A stretch of DNA of 64,000 nt from an uncultured virus (IMG/VR IMGVR_UViG_3300017995_000001) (Duplodnaviria > Heunggongvirae > Uroviricota > Caudoviricetes), in IMG/VR virus record IMGVR_UViG_3300017995_000001. One strand, 5' to 3'. This document shows positions 17,791 to 27,213 of the stretch, piece by piece; position 1 is the first letter of the stretch; the number at the start of each line of letters is the position of its first letter. Both the position numbers and the translations under genes were made by a program. Under the pieces are notes generated by a model, which searched no databases, was not told the origin of the DNA, and was given only the letters and a program-made list of their open reading frames with translations.

Positions 17791-18839
17791 TGCCGCTCCT
17801 CATCATCGAGACGAAGACGTCGGGCGAGGACATCACGCCCGGCAGCGCTTACTGGCGCCGGATCCGGATGGACCCGCAGATCGGCGTCTACCTGCGCGCC
17901 GCGACGCAGGCGGGGCTCGACCCCGTCGGCATAGGCTACGACGTGCTGGGAAAGGTCGCCCTGCGGCCGCTGAAGGCGACCCCGCCGGAGTCTCGCAAGT
18001 ACACCAAGCCTACCAAGACCGAGCCGTCGCGCCTGTACGCCAACCAGCGCGACCGCGACGAGACTCCCGAGGAGTACGGTGCGCGGTGCCTCGCGGCCAT
18101 CGCCGCCGAGCCGGACGCGTACTACCAGCGCGCGCTGCCGGTGCGCCTGCTACAGGAGCAGCACGACGGGGCGGTCGACGTCTGGCAGACGGCTCGGACG
18201 ATGCGCGAGGCGCACCGGCTCAACGTCTTCCCGCGCAACCCGGACTCGTGCTTCTCGTGGAGCCGGGCGTGCGACTTCCTGCCCGCGTGCTGCGGGGACG
18301 TGCCCCTCGACGACCCGCTGCTCTTCCGGAGGGAGGAGAAGGACCACGAGGAGCTGGAGGACGTCTTCGAGGACGACCGCGCGGTGCTCACGCAGTCGAG
18401 CATGCGCACGTTCCGCGCGTGCCCGCGGCGATACCAGATCCGCTACGTACTGCACCTGCGGCCGGTGCTCCGGTCCGAGGCGCTGCGGACCGGGTCGAGC
18501 GTGCACCGGGCCGTCGAGGCGCTGCGCAAGGGTTACCCGCTCGACGAGGCCCTGCTCAAGCTCGACCACGAGGACCCGTTCGACTACGAGCGCGAGCGGG
18601 CGATGGTCGTCGGCTACGTGGCGCGCTGGGGCGACCCGACGCGGGGCATCGTGGCCGTCGAGAAGCAGTTCGAGGTGGACCTCGTCAACCCGGAGACGGG
18701 CGCGCCGTCGCGCACGTTCCGGCTGGCGGGCAAGATGGACGCTCTCTACGAGGGCGACCCGCGCGACTTCATAAACGCGCGGCATCCCGGCGTAGGCCAG
18801 AGCGCGGGTCCGAATCCCGCGGCCGGGGCGGAGGTGTGA
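17790..18839 (+). CDS. Circularly permuted PD-(D/E)XK nuclease (Cas4/AddB-like, probable Fe-S cluster)
   Basis: IIETKT and Q-x3-Y at the N-terminus; CFSWSRACDFLPAC mid-protein; then TQSSMRTFRACPRRY, GSSVH, EKQF and GKMD toward the C-terminus. Confidence 0.85.
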   Translation: MPLLIIETKTSGEDITPGSAYWRRIRMDPQIGVYLRAATQAGLDPVGIGYDVLGKVALRPLKATPPESRKYTKPTKTEPSRLYANQRDRDETPEEYGARCLAAIAAEPDAYYQRALPVRLLQEQHDGAVDVWQTARTMREAHRLNVFPRNPDSCFSWSRACDFLPACCGDVPLDDPLLFRREEKDHEELEDVFEDDRAVLTQSSMRTFRACPRRYQIRYVLHLRPVLRSEALRTGSSVHRAVEALRKGYPLDEALLKLDHEDPFDYERERAMVVGYVARWGDPTRGIVAVEKQFEVDLVNPETGAPSRTFRLAGKMDALYEGDPRDFINARHPGVGQSAGPNPAAGAEV

Positions 18840-18841
18840 CG

Positions 18842-19789
18842 ATGGCAGTAGACCTGAAGCGGATCACGAAGGGAAAAGTGGAGCGGCCGCCGCGCGCGGT
18901 CTTCTACGGGTTCGAGGGCGTCGGCAAGACCACGCTGGCGGCCGGGGCGCCGAACGTGTTCTTCCTCGACGCCAACCAGGGCAGCCACAAGCTCAACGTC
19001 GAGCGCGTGGTGCCGGAGTCGTGGGACGAGGCGTTCGAGTGGCTGGAGGCCATCGAGCACGGCCACGTCAAGTGCGACAACGTCGCGCTCGACGTGCTCT
19101 CGGACTTCGAGAACATGAGCCACGCGAAGCTTTTCCCCAACAGCACGATCTCCAAGTACGAGGGCGGCTACGGCAAGGGCGACGACGTGGCCTTGATGGA
19201 GTGGCGCCGGCTGCTCGCCCAACTCGAGCGCGTGTGGCTGCGCGGCAAGGGGGTCATCTTCGTGGCCCACGCCCAGGTGAAGAAGTTCGAGGACCCCACC
19301 GGTCCCGGCTACGAGCGGTTCGAGCTGGCGTGCAGGAAGAACGTCGCGGCCCTCATCAAGGGCTGGAGCGACTACGTGCTGTTCGCGCGCGAGAGCGTGA
19401 CGACCGTCGCCGAGAAGGGCAAGCCCACCCGGGCCACGACGACCGGCGAGCGGTGGCTCTACACCAAGCGCACGCCCGCCTACGACGCGAAGGCGCGCGG
19501 CACGGCCCTCTTCCCGGAGAAGATCCCGATGTCGTGGGACGAGTTCGCGAAGGCGATCCGCGAGGACGACGCGCGCGGCGAGCAGATGAAGCGCGAGCTG
19601 GACGCGATGCTCGCCGAGATCGACGACAGGGCGTACGAGAAGCAGGTCCGCGACTTCCTCGCGCAGTACCCGCCCGACAAGTACCCGAGCAGCCTGGTCG
19701 ACTCGTTCAACCGGGTCCAGATCCGGCTCAACGAGAAGAAGTCCGGCCAGGCCGACGCGGAGAAGAAGCCCGCGCCCGCGGCGGCCTGA
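18842..19789 (+). CDS. AAA_24/Sak4-like ATPase (phage recombination protein)
   Basis: YGFEGVGKTT; GGYGKG; VIFVAHA; AYDAKAR. Confidence 0.85.
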   Translation: MAVDLKRITKGKVERPPRAVFYGFEGVGKTTLAAGAPNVFFLDANQGSHKLNVERVVPESWDEAFEWLEAIEHGHVKCDNVALDVLSDFENMSHAKLFPNSTISKYEGGYGKGDDVALMEWRRLLAQLERVWLRGKGVIFVAHAQVKKFEDPTGPGYERFELACRKNVAALIKGWSDYVLFARESVTTVAEKGKPTRATTTGERWLYTKRTPAYDAKARGTALFPEKIPMSWDEFAKAIREDDARGEQMKRELDAMLAEIDDRAYEKQVRDFLAQYPPDKYPSSLVDSFNRVQIRLNEKKSGQADAEKKPAPAAA

Positions 19790-19839
19790 GAGTGTCTGAG
19801 TGAAGTGACCGAATTGTAGAACAAGGAGACCCGACCACC

Positions 19840-20361
19840 ATGAGCAACACACCCCCCGTCCCCCAGGCGCCGACCCAGTCGCCCACCGCCAAGCCCACCG
19901 ACCCGAAGGAGGGCCGGTACAAGGCCAAGGCGGTGACGCCCGACGCGACCGGCGCGCCGCACGAGTTCGGCAAGAGCAAGCAGGGCACCCCCGAGCTGCT
20001 CGTCCACCTGTTCCTGCCCGACCTGCAGCGCACGTACGTCTCGCCGCTGTACTTCTCGGCGGACGCCGCCCCGTACTCCGAGGAGCGGCTGCGCGCGCTC
20101 GGGTGCGCGGACATCACGACGCTCGCCGGCATCGACGCCAACGAGGTCGACGTGGAGCTGAAGTACGAGTTCTACGACGGCAAGTGGCGCATGAAATGCC
20201 AGATCCTCTCCGGCGGCGGCGTCTTCCACACGTCGAACCCGATGCCGGGCGGCGGCAAGGAGTTCGCGGCGAACATCCAGGCGACGCTCGGTCGGCCGGT
20301 CAACCTCGGCGGGGCGCCCGCGACCGGTAACGGGTCGGGCGCTCCCAAGCCCCCGTTCTGA
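19840..20361 (+). CDS. Putative phage SSB (DUF669-like)
   Basis: Follows Sak4-like gene; EGRYKAK...KSKQGTPEL; Gly/Pro tail ending in PF. Confidence 0.6.
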   Translation: MSNTPPVPQAPTQSPTAKPTDPKEGRYKAKAVTPDATGAPHEFGKSKQGTPELLVHLFLPDLQRTYVSPLYFSADAAPYSEERLRALGCADITTLAGIDANEVDVELKYEFYDGKWRMKCQILSGGGVFHTSNPMPGGGKEFAANIQATLGRPVNLGGAPATGNGSGAPKPPF

Positions 20362-20362
20362 G

Positions 20363-20680
20363 GTGCTTAGGCGCGGGAGGGCGGTCGACGTCGCCGACCT
20401 GGGCGACGCCGACCTCCTCGAGCGCGTGCTCGCCCGGAGCGACCTCGACTCGACCGAGCGCGCCGCGTTCGACGGGATGCTGGGTACGATCCTGCAGCGC
20501 GTCGAGCAGTACGGCGACGACGCGTACCCGCTGACCGAGCCGCAGCGGCGGTGGGCCGAGATGGTCGCTGTCCGCGAGAAGTCGCGGCTGACGGGCGAGG
20601 AGTTCGCCGAGGTGGTGCGCGCCACGATCGGAAGGGACTTGAGGTTGCGCGAGCGCGAGAGAGTCACGGAGGACGACTGA
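20363..20680 (+). CDS. Hypothetical protein, paralog of 21867-22313
   Basis: ERAAFDGML...LTEPQRRW. Confidence 0.55.
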   Translation: MLRRGRAVDVADLGDADLLERVLARSDLDSTERAAFDGMLGTILQRVEQYGDDAYPLTEPQRRWAEMVAVREKSRLTGEEFAEVVRATIGRDLRLRERERVTEDD

Positions 20681-21525
20681 TGGGACAGACAGCCACCGCC
20701 ACCACCGCAGAGCAGGCCCCCGCCGCACCGTTCCTGAAGTGGGCGGGAGGGAAGCGGCAGCTGCTGCCCGAGATCCGCGAGCACGTCCCCGCCGAGTTCG
20801 GTCGGTACTTCGAGCCCTTCGTCGGCGGAGGCGCGGTTTTCTTCGACCTGTTCGCCGCGGACCGGATCCGGTCTAGGTGCTACCTGGGCGACGTGAACGA
20901 GGAACTCACGACCACCTACGCGGCGGTCCGGGACCACGCGGACGCGGTCGTGTCATCCCTGCGCGCGCACGCGCGACGCCACTCCGATAGCTACTTCTAC
21001 GAGGAGCGCGCGCGCCGGCCGACGACGCCGGCCCACGTCGCCGCGCGGATGATCTACCTCAACCGCACCTGCTACAACGGCGTCTACCGCGTCAACAAGA
21101 GCGGCGGGTTCAACGTCCCGATCGGCCGGTACGCGAACCCGACCGTGTGCGACGAGACTAACCTGCGCGCGTGCTCCGAGGCCCTCGAGTACGCGGAGGT
21201 GGTCTGCGGCGACTTCGCCTCCGTGCTGGCGACCGCCAGGAGCGGCGACTTCGCCTACTTCGACCCGCCGTACCTACCGGCGAGCGAGACCGCCGACTTC
21301 ACCGGCTTCACCGCCGCCGGGTTCAAGGCGTCCGACCACGAGCGCCTGGCGGAGTGCGCTCGTCGGCTCAAGGAGACCGGCGTGCGCGTGCTGCTGTCCA
21401 ACGCGGACCTGCCCGCAGTCCGGGAGCTGTACCGCGGCTTCGAGGTGCGGGCCGTGAGGGCCCGCAGGAACATCAACAGCAAGGGCGGCAAGAGAGGGGA
21501 CGTCGGTGAACTGCTCATCTGGTAG
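20680..21525 (+). CDS. dam: Dam-family (D12 class) N6-adenine DNA methyltransferase
   Basis: PFLKWAGGK, YFEPFVGGGAV, LNRTCYNGVYRVN, DPPY. Confidence 0.9.
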   Translation: MGQTATATTAEQAPAAPFLKWAGGKRQLLPEIREHVPAEFGRYFEPFVGGGAVFFDLFAADRIRSRCYLGDVNEELTTTYAAVRDHADAVVSSLRAHARRHSDSYFYEERARRPTTPAHVAARMIYLNRTCYNGVYRVNKSGGFNVPIGRYANPTVCDETNLRACSEALEYAEVVCGDFASVLATARSGDFAYFDPPYLPASETADFTGFTAAGFKASDHERLAECARRLKETGVRVLLSNADLPAVRELYRGFEVRAVRARRNINSKGGKRGDVGELLIW

Positions 21526-21537
21526 TGGGGTAGATCG

Positions 21538-21870
21538 ATGATGGACCCCACCGCGTTCGGCCGGCAACTCGAGCGGCTCATGGACGGCCACGCCGACGAC
21601 CTGTTCTGGCTGTCGCACGTCGAGGAGCTGTCGCCGTGCCAGCTAGGCGCGTTCTACGTGGCGGTGCGGCTCGGGGAGCGCAGGCGGACGGAGAGGCGCG
21701 GCGGCGCCGGCGCGCTCGACCGGGTGCTCGACGCGCTCGGGATGTCTAGATCGTGGGTGGTGGGTGGGCCGCGCCGCAGGGACCCGCGCTGCACGTGCGA
21801 GGCGATCCAGTCGGCGGACGCGACGAGGCACTTCAAGGAGTGCCCACTCCGCGCGGAGCACCCCAAGTGA
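21538..21870 (+). CDS. Hypothetical protein
   Basis: ORF within operon. Confidence 0.5.
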   Translation: MMDPTAFGRQLERLMDGHADDLFWLSHVEELSPCQLGAFYVAVRLGERRRTERRGGAGALDRVLDALGMSRSWVVGGPRRRDPRCTCEAIQSADATRHFKECPLRAEHPK

Positions 21871-22313
21871 GCGAGCGCGCGACCGACCTCGCCATGCTGG
21901 GCGAGCTGTTGGGCGAGCACGCCGGCGAGCTGTCCGACACCGAGGTCGAGGCGTTCGCCGGCATGCGGTTCGACCTGACCTCCGGGCTGCGCGGCGAGCG
22001 GTTCGAGCAGCTCACCGAGAAGCAGCGGTCGTGGGTGAAGTCGGTCCACGAGCGCCTCGTTCCGCAGTATGCGAACCTGGTCAGCCAGGGGCTCGTGCCG
22101 CGAGGCACGCCGACTGCCGAGTCGCGCGCGCTCGACGCGATGCTGGCGGGGCCGAAGGTCACCAAGCCGCCACCGAGGCGGCAACCGTGCGAGCAGTGCG
22201 GAGCGAAGGACGCGAGCCTCGTGCCCGACCCGTATGCCGAAGAGATCCTCGGTAACAGCAAGCCGTGCTGGCTCTGTTCGGACTGCTGGCGCGCGAATGC
22301 CAGAGACATCTGA
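21867..22313 (+). CDS. Hypothetical protein with C-terminal Zn finger
   Basis: EVEAFAGM...LTEKQRSW; CEQC...DPYAEEI...CSDC. Confidence 0.6.
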   Translation: MSERATDLAMLGELLGEHAGELSDTEVEAFAGMRFDLTSGLRGERFEQLTEKQRSWVKSVHERLVPQYANLVSQGLVPRGTPTAESRALDAMLAGPKVTKPPPRRQPCEQCGAKDASLVPDPYAEEILGNSKPCWLCSDCWRANARDI

Positions 22314-22324
22314 GAGGAATAAGG

Positions 22325-22600
22325 ATGAAAACGCTACCGCACGCGGACTTCCTGCGCGAACTCTACGCGCTCTGCCAGAAGCACGGCGTCCACCTCGACG
22401 GGACCGAGGACGACGGCGTAATGGTCGTCCCGAACGAGGCCGACATGGACCTGTCGGACTCCGACTCGGGTCAGTTCGCGTTCTTCGTGTGCCGCGGTGA
22501 CGGTTCGATGCGGTGCTACGCGGCGCGCGAGACGATCACTAGCAATTTTGAGGCGGACTACGACGCGGGCGCGCTCGACATGCCTCCGGTGCGGAGGTGA
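22325..22600 (+). CDS. Hypothetical protein
   Basis: GAGG RBS; FLRELYALCQKHGV. Confidence 0.6.
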   Translation: MKTLPHADFLRELYALCQKHGVHLDGTEDDGVMVVPNEADMDLSDSDSGQFAFFVCRGDGSMRCYAARETITSNFEADYDAGALDMPPVRR

Positions 22601-22802
22601 GCGCGCCCGTCGGGTTGCTGCGCTGGCAGCTGGGTCTAGTTGGTACGATGATCGCCGCCGGCGCCGTTGCGGTCTGCCCTGTCTGGTGGGCGGTTTGCGC
22701 GTGGTGGGACCTGCGCGCCAGGATCGCCACGTGAGGCCGCCAGGAGGAGCGATCATCGACTGAATCGAATCGCGCGAGTACGCTAACCTTTAGGTGGAAC
22801 GA

Positions 22803-23051
22803 ATGGCGATCAACGTGGTCGTGGAAGCGAATTACATCGGAGGTCAGAGAGTAGCCAACCGGCTGAAGGCTCTCGTGCGCAAGCCGGTCGAGTTCAGCGG
22901 GGCCGGCAACAGGGCGTTCGCTGCCAGCATCGGCTGGACGTACAAGACGAGGCGCGGCGCCCGAGCGGCCGCCGCCAGGCTCCGGCGCGTTCGCGGTGTC
23001 CACGTCTACACGATCGACCTATGCATGTACCAGGAGCCTGGCCCGCACTGA
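22803..23051 (+). CDS. Hypothetical basic protein
   Basis: ORF after a gap, with an RBS-like AGGTGG. Confidence 0.5.
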   Translation: MAINVVVEANYIGGQRVANRLKALVRKPVEFSGAGNRAFAASIGWTYKTRRGARAAAARLRRVRGVHVYTIDLCMYQEPGPH

Positions 23052-23064
23052 GGAGCATGTACTG

Positions 23065-23397
23065 GTGAGCACCCTCTACAAGTGCAAGGCACCTGGCTGC
23101 CAGACGGACAAACCTGCAACGCAGGCGGACCAGGGGCCCGAGTTCTTCTGCCGGACGGCGGGGATGAACGAGCACTTCCGCGCACGCGACGACGGCACCA
23201 GCGCGCTCGTGCCGTCCGAGTGCTCACCGGGGTGCCGCTGCGACGACGGCGACTTCTTCCACGACGCGGCGTGTGCTGGCCGGTTGGCGAGGCGTGAGCG
23301 TGCGCGACCCGGTCCGGTCCACCCTTGGGACGAGTGCTGGTGCGAATTCCTCGAGCACGTGGCCGAGCACGGTGTTGGTTACGGAGGTTCGTACTGA
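23065..23397 (+). CDS. Hypothetical Cys-rich protein
   Basis: GAGGAG RBS. Confidence 0.5.
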   Translation: MSTLYKCKAPGCQTDKPATQADQGPEFFCRTAGMNEHFRARDDGTSALVPSECSPGCRCDDGDFFHDAACAGRLARRERARPGPVHPWDECWCEFLEHVAEHGVGYGGSY

Positions 23398-23414
23398 GGT
23401 GGGCGATAATGTTG

Positions 23415-24263
23415 CTAGTCGCGCCCCACCACCACGACGGCTGGGAACTCCTCCGCTTTCAGGTACCAGAGCGCGACGAACCGGTGGGCACCCTCGATGA
23501 TGAACGGGCCCTTCTCGTCGACCCCGACGATGAGCGGGTTGATTTCGCCGGATTCTCGGATCGCGTCCGCGAGGCGCTCGCTGCGCTTGAAGTCGTCCGC
23601 GGCGTAGAACAACGTCCGCGGGCCCCCGAAGTCCGACAGCGGCACAGCGCGGACACCCGGGAGCGTCTCCGACTCGGCGAAGTACCCGTCGATCGAGGAG
23701 AGGTTGGGTACGTGCGCGCGCACGCGCAGTTCGCCGACGGACTCGCCGGACACTGGGTAGCGGGCGAGCGTCGCCTCGATCAGGTCCGCGAGAGGGGACG
23801 TCTCCTCGGAGACGACCATCTTCCCCGTTCCGCGATGCGCGAGCCGGAGTCGGCTGGGCGCGATGTCCGCGTAGACTACGTAGGATTCGCCGATACCCGG
23901 TGTCGTGAAATCCTCGTAGAGATCCAGCCCGGACACGTCGACGGCCCATAGGTCGTGCCCTGACGCCCGCAACTGCCGAAGAGTTGGCCTCTGCGACAAG
24001 AAGATGCCTCGTTCATGCCAGAGTGAGTGCCTGCGAAGCAGGCCGCGAGTTTGAATCGAGTCTTGGTTGCTCGGGTGCGTCACGTGGTAGAGCGTCTCTC
24101 CGGTCGCGCCTCTCCGAACGGGCGCAAGCTCGGCGCTGCGGTACCCGCCCGCGAACGCCGCCTGGCCCTGCCGCTCGGCCTTCCCGCGTGCGCCAAGGCC
24201 GCAGTAGACCTTGCCGTGGCGCCCCCACTGGTAGCAGCCACGGCCGCGGTGGTGGACGGGCAT
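23415..24263 (-). CDS. Multidomain protein: basic N-terminal phage motif, Tpt1/KptA-like ART domain and ParB/Srx-like domain
   Basis: MPVH..YQWGRHGKVY..KAERQG; LYHVT..N..SIQTRGL...IFLS; LADAIRESGEINPLIV...IIEGAHR. Confidence 0.7.
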   Translation of the reverse strand: MPVHHRGRGCYQWGRHGKVYCGLGARGKAERQGQAAFAGGYRSAELAPVRRGATGETLYHVTHPSNQDSIQTRGLLRRHSLWHERGIFLSQRPTLRQLRASGHDLWAVDVSGLDLYEDFTTPGIGESYVVYADIAPSRLRLAHRGTGKMVVSEETSPLADLIEATLARYPVSGESVGELRVRAHVPNLSSIDGYFAESETLPGVRAVPLSDFGGPRTLFYAADDFKRSERLADAIRESGEINPLIVGVDEKGPFIIEGAHRFVALWYLKAEEFPAVVVVGRD

Positions 24264-24272
24264 CGGTCGGAG

Positions 24273-25394
24273 CTATCGGCGGCGCCGCGCGGTGTGGTGC
24301 GGGGCCGCGCGCCGCGGGGCGGTGACGGGGCGGCGACGCTCCGACACGGAGACCGGCTTCCAGAACCAGAACTTCTCGACGAAGTCGGCCACCCCGGCGT
24401 CGACGCGGGAAGCCGGGAAACTCGCTACCAGGTTGTCGTTGGGGCCGACCATGCGCAGGCGCCCCTTCTGCACCTCGACGCGAACGCTCAGCACCTTCTC
24501 GCCCTTCGCGATGCGGTCGTCGTCGGTGAGGCTGGCGCCGTACCGCTGCAGGGCGGCGTTGACGGCGGCCCGCTGCTCGGGGGTCATCCCAGTAGCGCGC
24601 GACTCCGCCCACGTCTGCGGGTCGACGCGGTGTTGTTCGCCGCGGCTCCCGCCGCCCCCGCCGCCGTACATGACCTGCACGAGTCGGACGCGCACGGCGT
24701 TCCCCAGCTTGCTGTAGATGGCGCCCTCGAGCCGGCGGTAGTCGCCGCGGTCGATCGGGCCGTACTCCATTCGGTACCCGTCGAGCAGCGCACCCTGCGA
24801 CACGAGCGGTTTCTGGATGATGTGACCGATCTGACTCTCGTGCTTCCTGGCGAAGCGCTCGTCGGGGTATAGGACCTCGATGTTGTAGGCGTGGGCGCTG
24901 CTGCTGCTGTAGTCGGGCGGAGGCTGGCGACGTCGCCTCCCGGCCTCCCTCGCCCGCACGCCCGGCAGCCCCTGCTGCGGCTCTGGCTTGGTGACCTGCT
25001 CGTGCGCGAGCCGCACCTTGTCTACCAGCCAGCTGACGGTGTTCGGGTCGCGCAGCTCCCCGTCCATCCCCTCGAAGAACGCGTCGCCGTGCACGACGCC
25101 AGACTCGCCGCCGGCGAGCCGCTCGAGTTCCTGCGGGCCGATGTCGCGCCGGATGTCCCAGCCGAGCTGCTGGAGCATGTTGCGCGCGACCTTGCGGTAG
25201 TCGCTCTCGCTCTCGAGCGGGATGACGCTCGACGGGTCGCGCTGGCGCATCTCTTCGGCCTCGACCATCTGGTCCCAGACCCACTGGTCGAAGTAGTCGC
25301 TCTGCAGCTGGTCGCGGACGTACTGGTGGCCCGCCTCCTCGGCGGCCTCGATCTCCGCGGAGTCGTCTTTGGGTGCGCGTCTTCGTGTGGCCAT
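24273..25394 (-). CDS. Multidomain acidic protein with Arg-rich linkers and tail; may extend to 25612 through a frameshift
   Basis: MATRRR start with GGAG; ends APRRAAPHHTARRRR. Confidence 0.7.
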   Translation of the reverse strand: MATRRRAPKDDSAEIEAAEEAGHQYVRDQLQSDYFDQWVWDQMVEAEEMRQRDPSSVIPLESESDYRKVARNMLQQLGWDIRRDIGPQELERLAGGESGVVHGDAFFEGMDGELRDPNTVSWLVDKVRLAHEQVTKPEPQQGLPGVRAREAGRRRRQPPPDYSSSSAHAYNIEVLYPDERFARKHESQIGHIIQKPLVSQGALLDGYRMEYGPIDRGDYRRLEGAIYSKLGNAVRVRLVQVMYGGGGGGSRGEQHRVDPQTWAESRATGMTPEQRAAVNAALQRYGASLTDDDRIAKGEKVLSVRVEVQKGRLRMVGPNDNLVASFPASRVDAGVADFVEKFWFWKPVSVSERRRPVTAPRRAAPHHTARRRR

Positions 25395-25612
25395 GACTGT
25401 CTCCGTGATGTTGTTTCTGAGCATCGCGCGGAGCTGTCGGTACGCTGGTTTCGGATCGAGTCCCACGCGATCGGTCTCCACTCGCCGTCGTAGCGGAAGT
25501 ATTCGGTCCGGCGCGTCGATCCTCCGTAGGTCCCGACGTACTCGTCGTACATCTCGGCGCGGTAGGTCCACCCACCGTGGCGGACCTCGGCGGTGGCGAT
25601 CGGGGTACTCAT
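25395..25612 (-). pseudogene. Probable frameshifted N-terminal part of the 24273 protein
   Basis: MSTPIATAEV...WDSI; one added base at about 25453 reads on as PKPAYRQLRAML...MATRRR. Confidence 0.45.
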
Positions 25613-26637
25613 CGGTGTTTACGAGACGGCCTCTCGTCGACCTCCGGCTGGTCCTGCTGCCAGCTCGCCGCGTAGCCGTCGATCGTCTTGAGGGCCCAGC
25701 CGACGTCCTTCTCCATCTCCCGGACGTCCGCGCGGCCGGTCCCCGGGTAGGTCTGGTGCCCGACGTTCTCGTAGGTGTCGGTGCCGGACAGCCCCTCGTC
25801 GGAGAAGAAGTTGAGCGCCGCGCTGCCGTCCTCGAACACCGACACGACGACGACGAGTTTCTGGCCGTGCTCGGGGCTGTGGACCGTGAACTGCGCCGAC
25901 TCGTTCGGCTCGCTCCAGCGGAAGCCGCCCGGGACCGACAGGGGCGTGCCGCCGTGGAACTTGCCGGAGAGGTCTGCGGCGATGGAGGCGGGGTTCGCGC
26001 GCCCGCCGCGGCGGCCGGAGGACTCGTGCCTTCCGCCGCGCCTCGCCTCTGCCGCGACCGGGACCTGACGCTCCACGGTCTGGCGTCCCTTGGCGGTGAG
26101 GCGCCGCTCCGACTCGGGCGGCAGCCCGATGCCGCGGTCGATGGCGTCGAGGATCTCCCAGTCGGGCCACGCCCTGCCGCGGCCGAGGGACTCCATGACA
26201 GGGGGCCGGCCGGTGTCGAACTTCACGTATCCGCCAGCCTGCTCGGCCTGCCGCTTCGCCTTCTCGTAGTCCTTGGTGGGTCCGGAGAGCGGGCGCCCCC
26301 GGTTGTCGACGGGGACGTAGTCGCGGACCGTGTGCCCGCGACCAATCCCGCGGGACAGGTACGCGTCGATCGGCTCGGCGCCGCGAGGAAGCCCGACCAC
26401 GTCCCTGCGATCTCCAGGTGCCTGCTGGTGCCAGTAACCACCCTTGGACCACACCTTCGACTCGGCGTACTTTCCCAGCCCGGCAGGGTAGTAGATGCGC
26501 ACGTCGGTTCCTGATACGAGAACGTGCGTGGGGTGCTCTGTCTGGTACGCGTGCTCTACGAGCGCGTCGACGGTGTCGAAGTCGCGCACGACGGGGTAGG
26601 CGCGGTGGGGGGAGCGGAAACCGAGGCGGCGGGGCAT
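25609..26637 (-). CDS. Multidomain hypothetical protein with Arg-rich linkers
   Basis: AGGAG RBS; AEARRGGRHESSGRRGGRANP. Confidence 0.7.
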   Translation of the reverse strand: MPRRLGFRSPHRAYPVVRDFDTVDALVEHAYQTEHPTHVLVSGTDVRIYYPAGLGKYAESKVWSKGGYWHQQAPGDRRDVVGLPRGAEPIDAYLSRGIGRGHTVRDYVPVDNRGRPLSGPTKDYEKAKRQAEQAGGYVKFDTGRPPVMESLGRGRAWPDWEILDAIDRGIGLPPESERRLTAKGRQTVERQVPVAAEARRGGRHESSGRRGGRANPASIAADLSGKFHGGTPLSVPGGFRWSEPNESAQFTVHSPEHGQKLVVVVSVFEDGSAALNFFSDEGLSGTDTYENVGHQTYPGTGRADVREMEKDVGWALKTIDGYAASWQQDQPEVDERPSRKHR

Positions 26638-26649
26638 GAGTTTTTCTCC

Positions 26650-27213
26650 TTAGACCCACTCGTAGCCGAGCGTGGCCATGATGGACGATGCGAGGTCTCC
26701 TGCCGCCTCGTCCCCCTCGCTCCACTTGTCGGCGAGGAAGGTCAGGAAGTCGTAGATCGACCGCTCGTCGCCCTGGAAGCCGGCCTTGTGCGAGTAGCGC
26801 GACGTGAGCGGGCGGAGCCCGCCGAACTCGTCGGCGAGGTCGACCTCGTGGCTGTCGACCAACTCCATCGGGTAGGTCGTGCCCTCGGGCCAGTACGACC
26901 GGCCGTCGTCGTAGTCCGGGTCGGGGCGGCGGACGTCGACGAGGAACCGGTCGAACGGCGGCAGCGTCCCGTAGGTCATCGAGTAGCTGCGCCGCGACTC
27001 GCGAGCGCCGCCGCCGCGGCGAGGCGCGTGCCCCATCTGCCGCTGGTACAGCAGGTCGGGCGTCATGCTGTGATGGTTCAGGGCCTCCGCGAGGAAGTGG
27101 GCTACGGAGTCCGCTTCTACGGGGCGCGCGCGACCCTCGCGGTTGACGCTGACGAACGGCTTCCCGTCGAAGAGGACTTCTCGACCCGCTGCCACGGTCC
27201 ACCTCCCGCTCAT
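26650..27213 (-). CDS. Two-domain hypothetical protein with Arg-rich linker
   Basis: APRRGGGARESRRS; ends AGDLASSIMATLGYEWV. Confidence 0.7.
   Translation of the reverse strand: MSGRWTVAAGREVLFDGKPFVSVNREGRARPVEADSVAHFLAEALNHHSMTPDLLYQRQMGHAPRRGGGARESRRSYSMTYGTLPPFDRFLVDVRRPDPDYDDGRSYWPEGTTYPMELVDSHEVDLADEFGGLRPLTSRYSHKAGFQGDERSIYDFLTFLADKWSEGDEAAGDLASSIMATLGYEWV

Noticed and set aside
17790..18839. CRISPR-Cas interpretation of the Cas4-like gene
   Set aside because: No cas1/cas2 and no repeat-spacer array seen; the context is phage recombination
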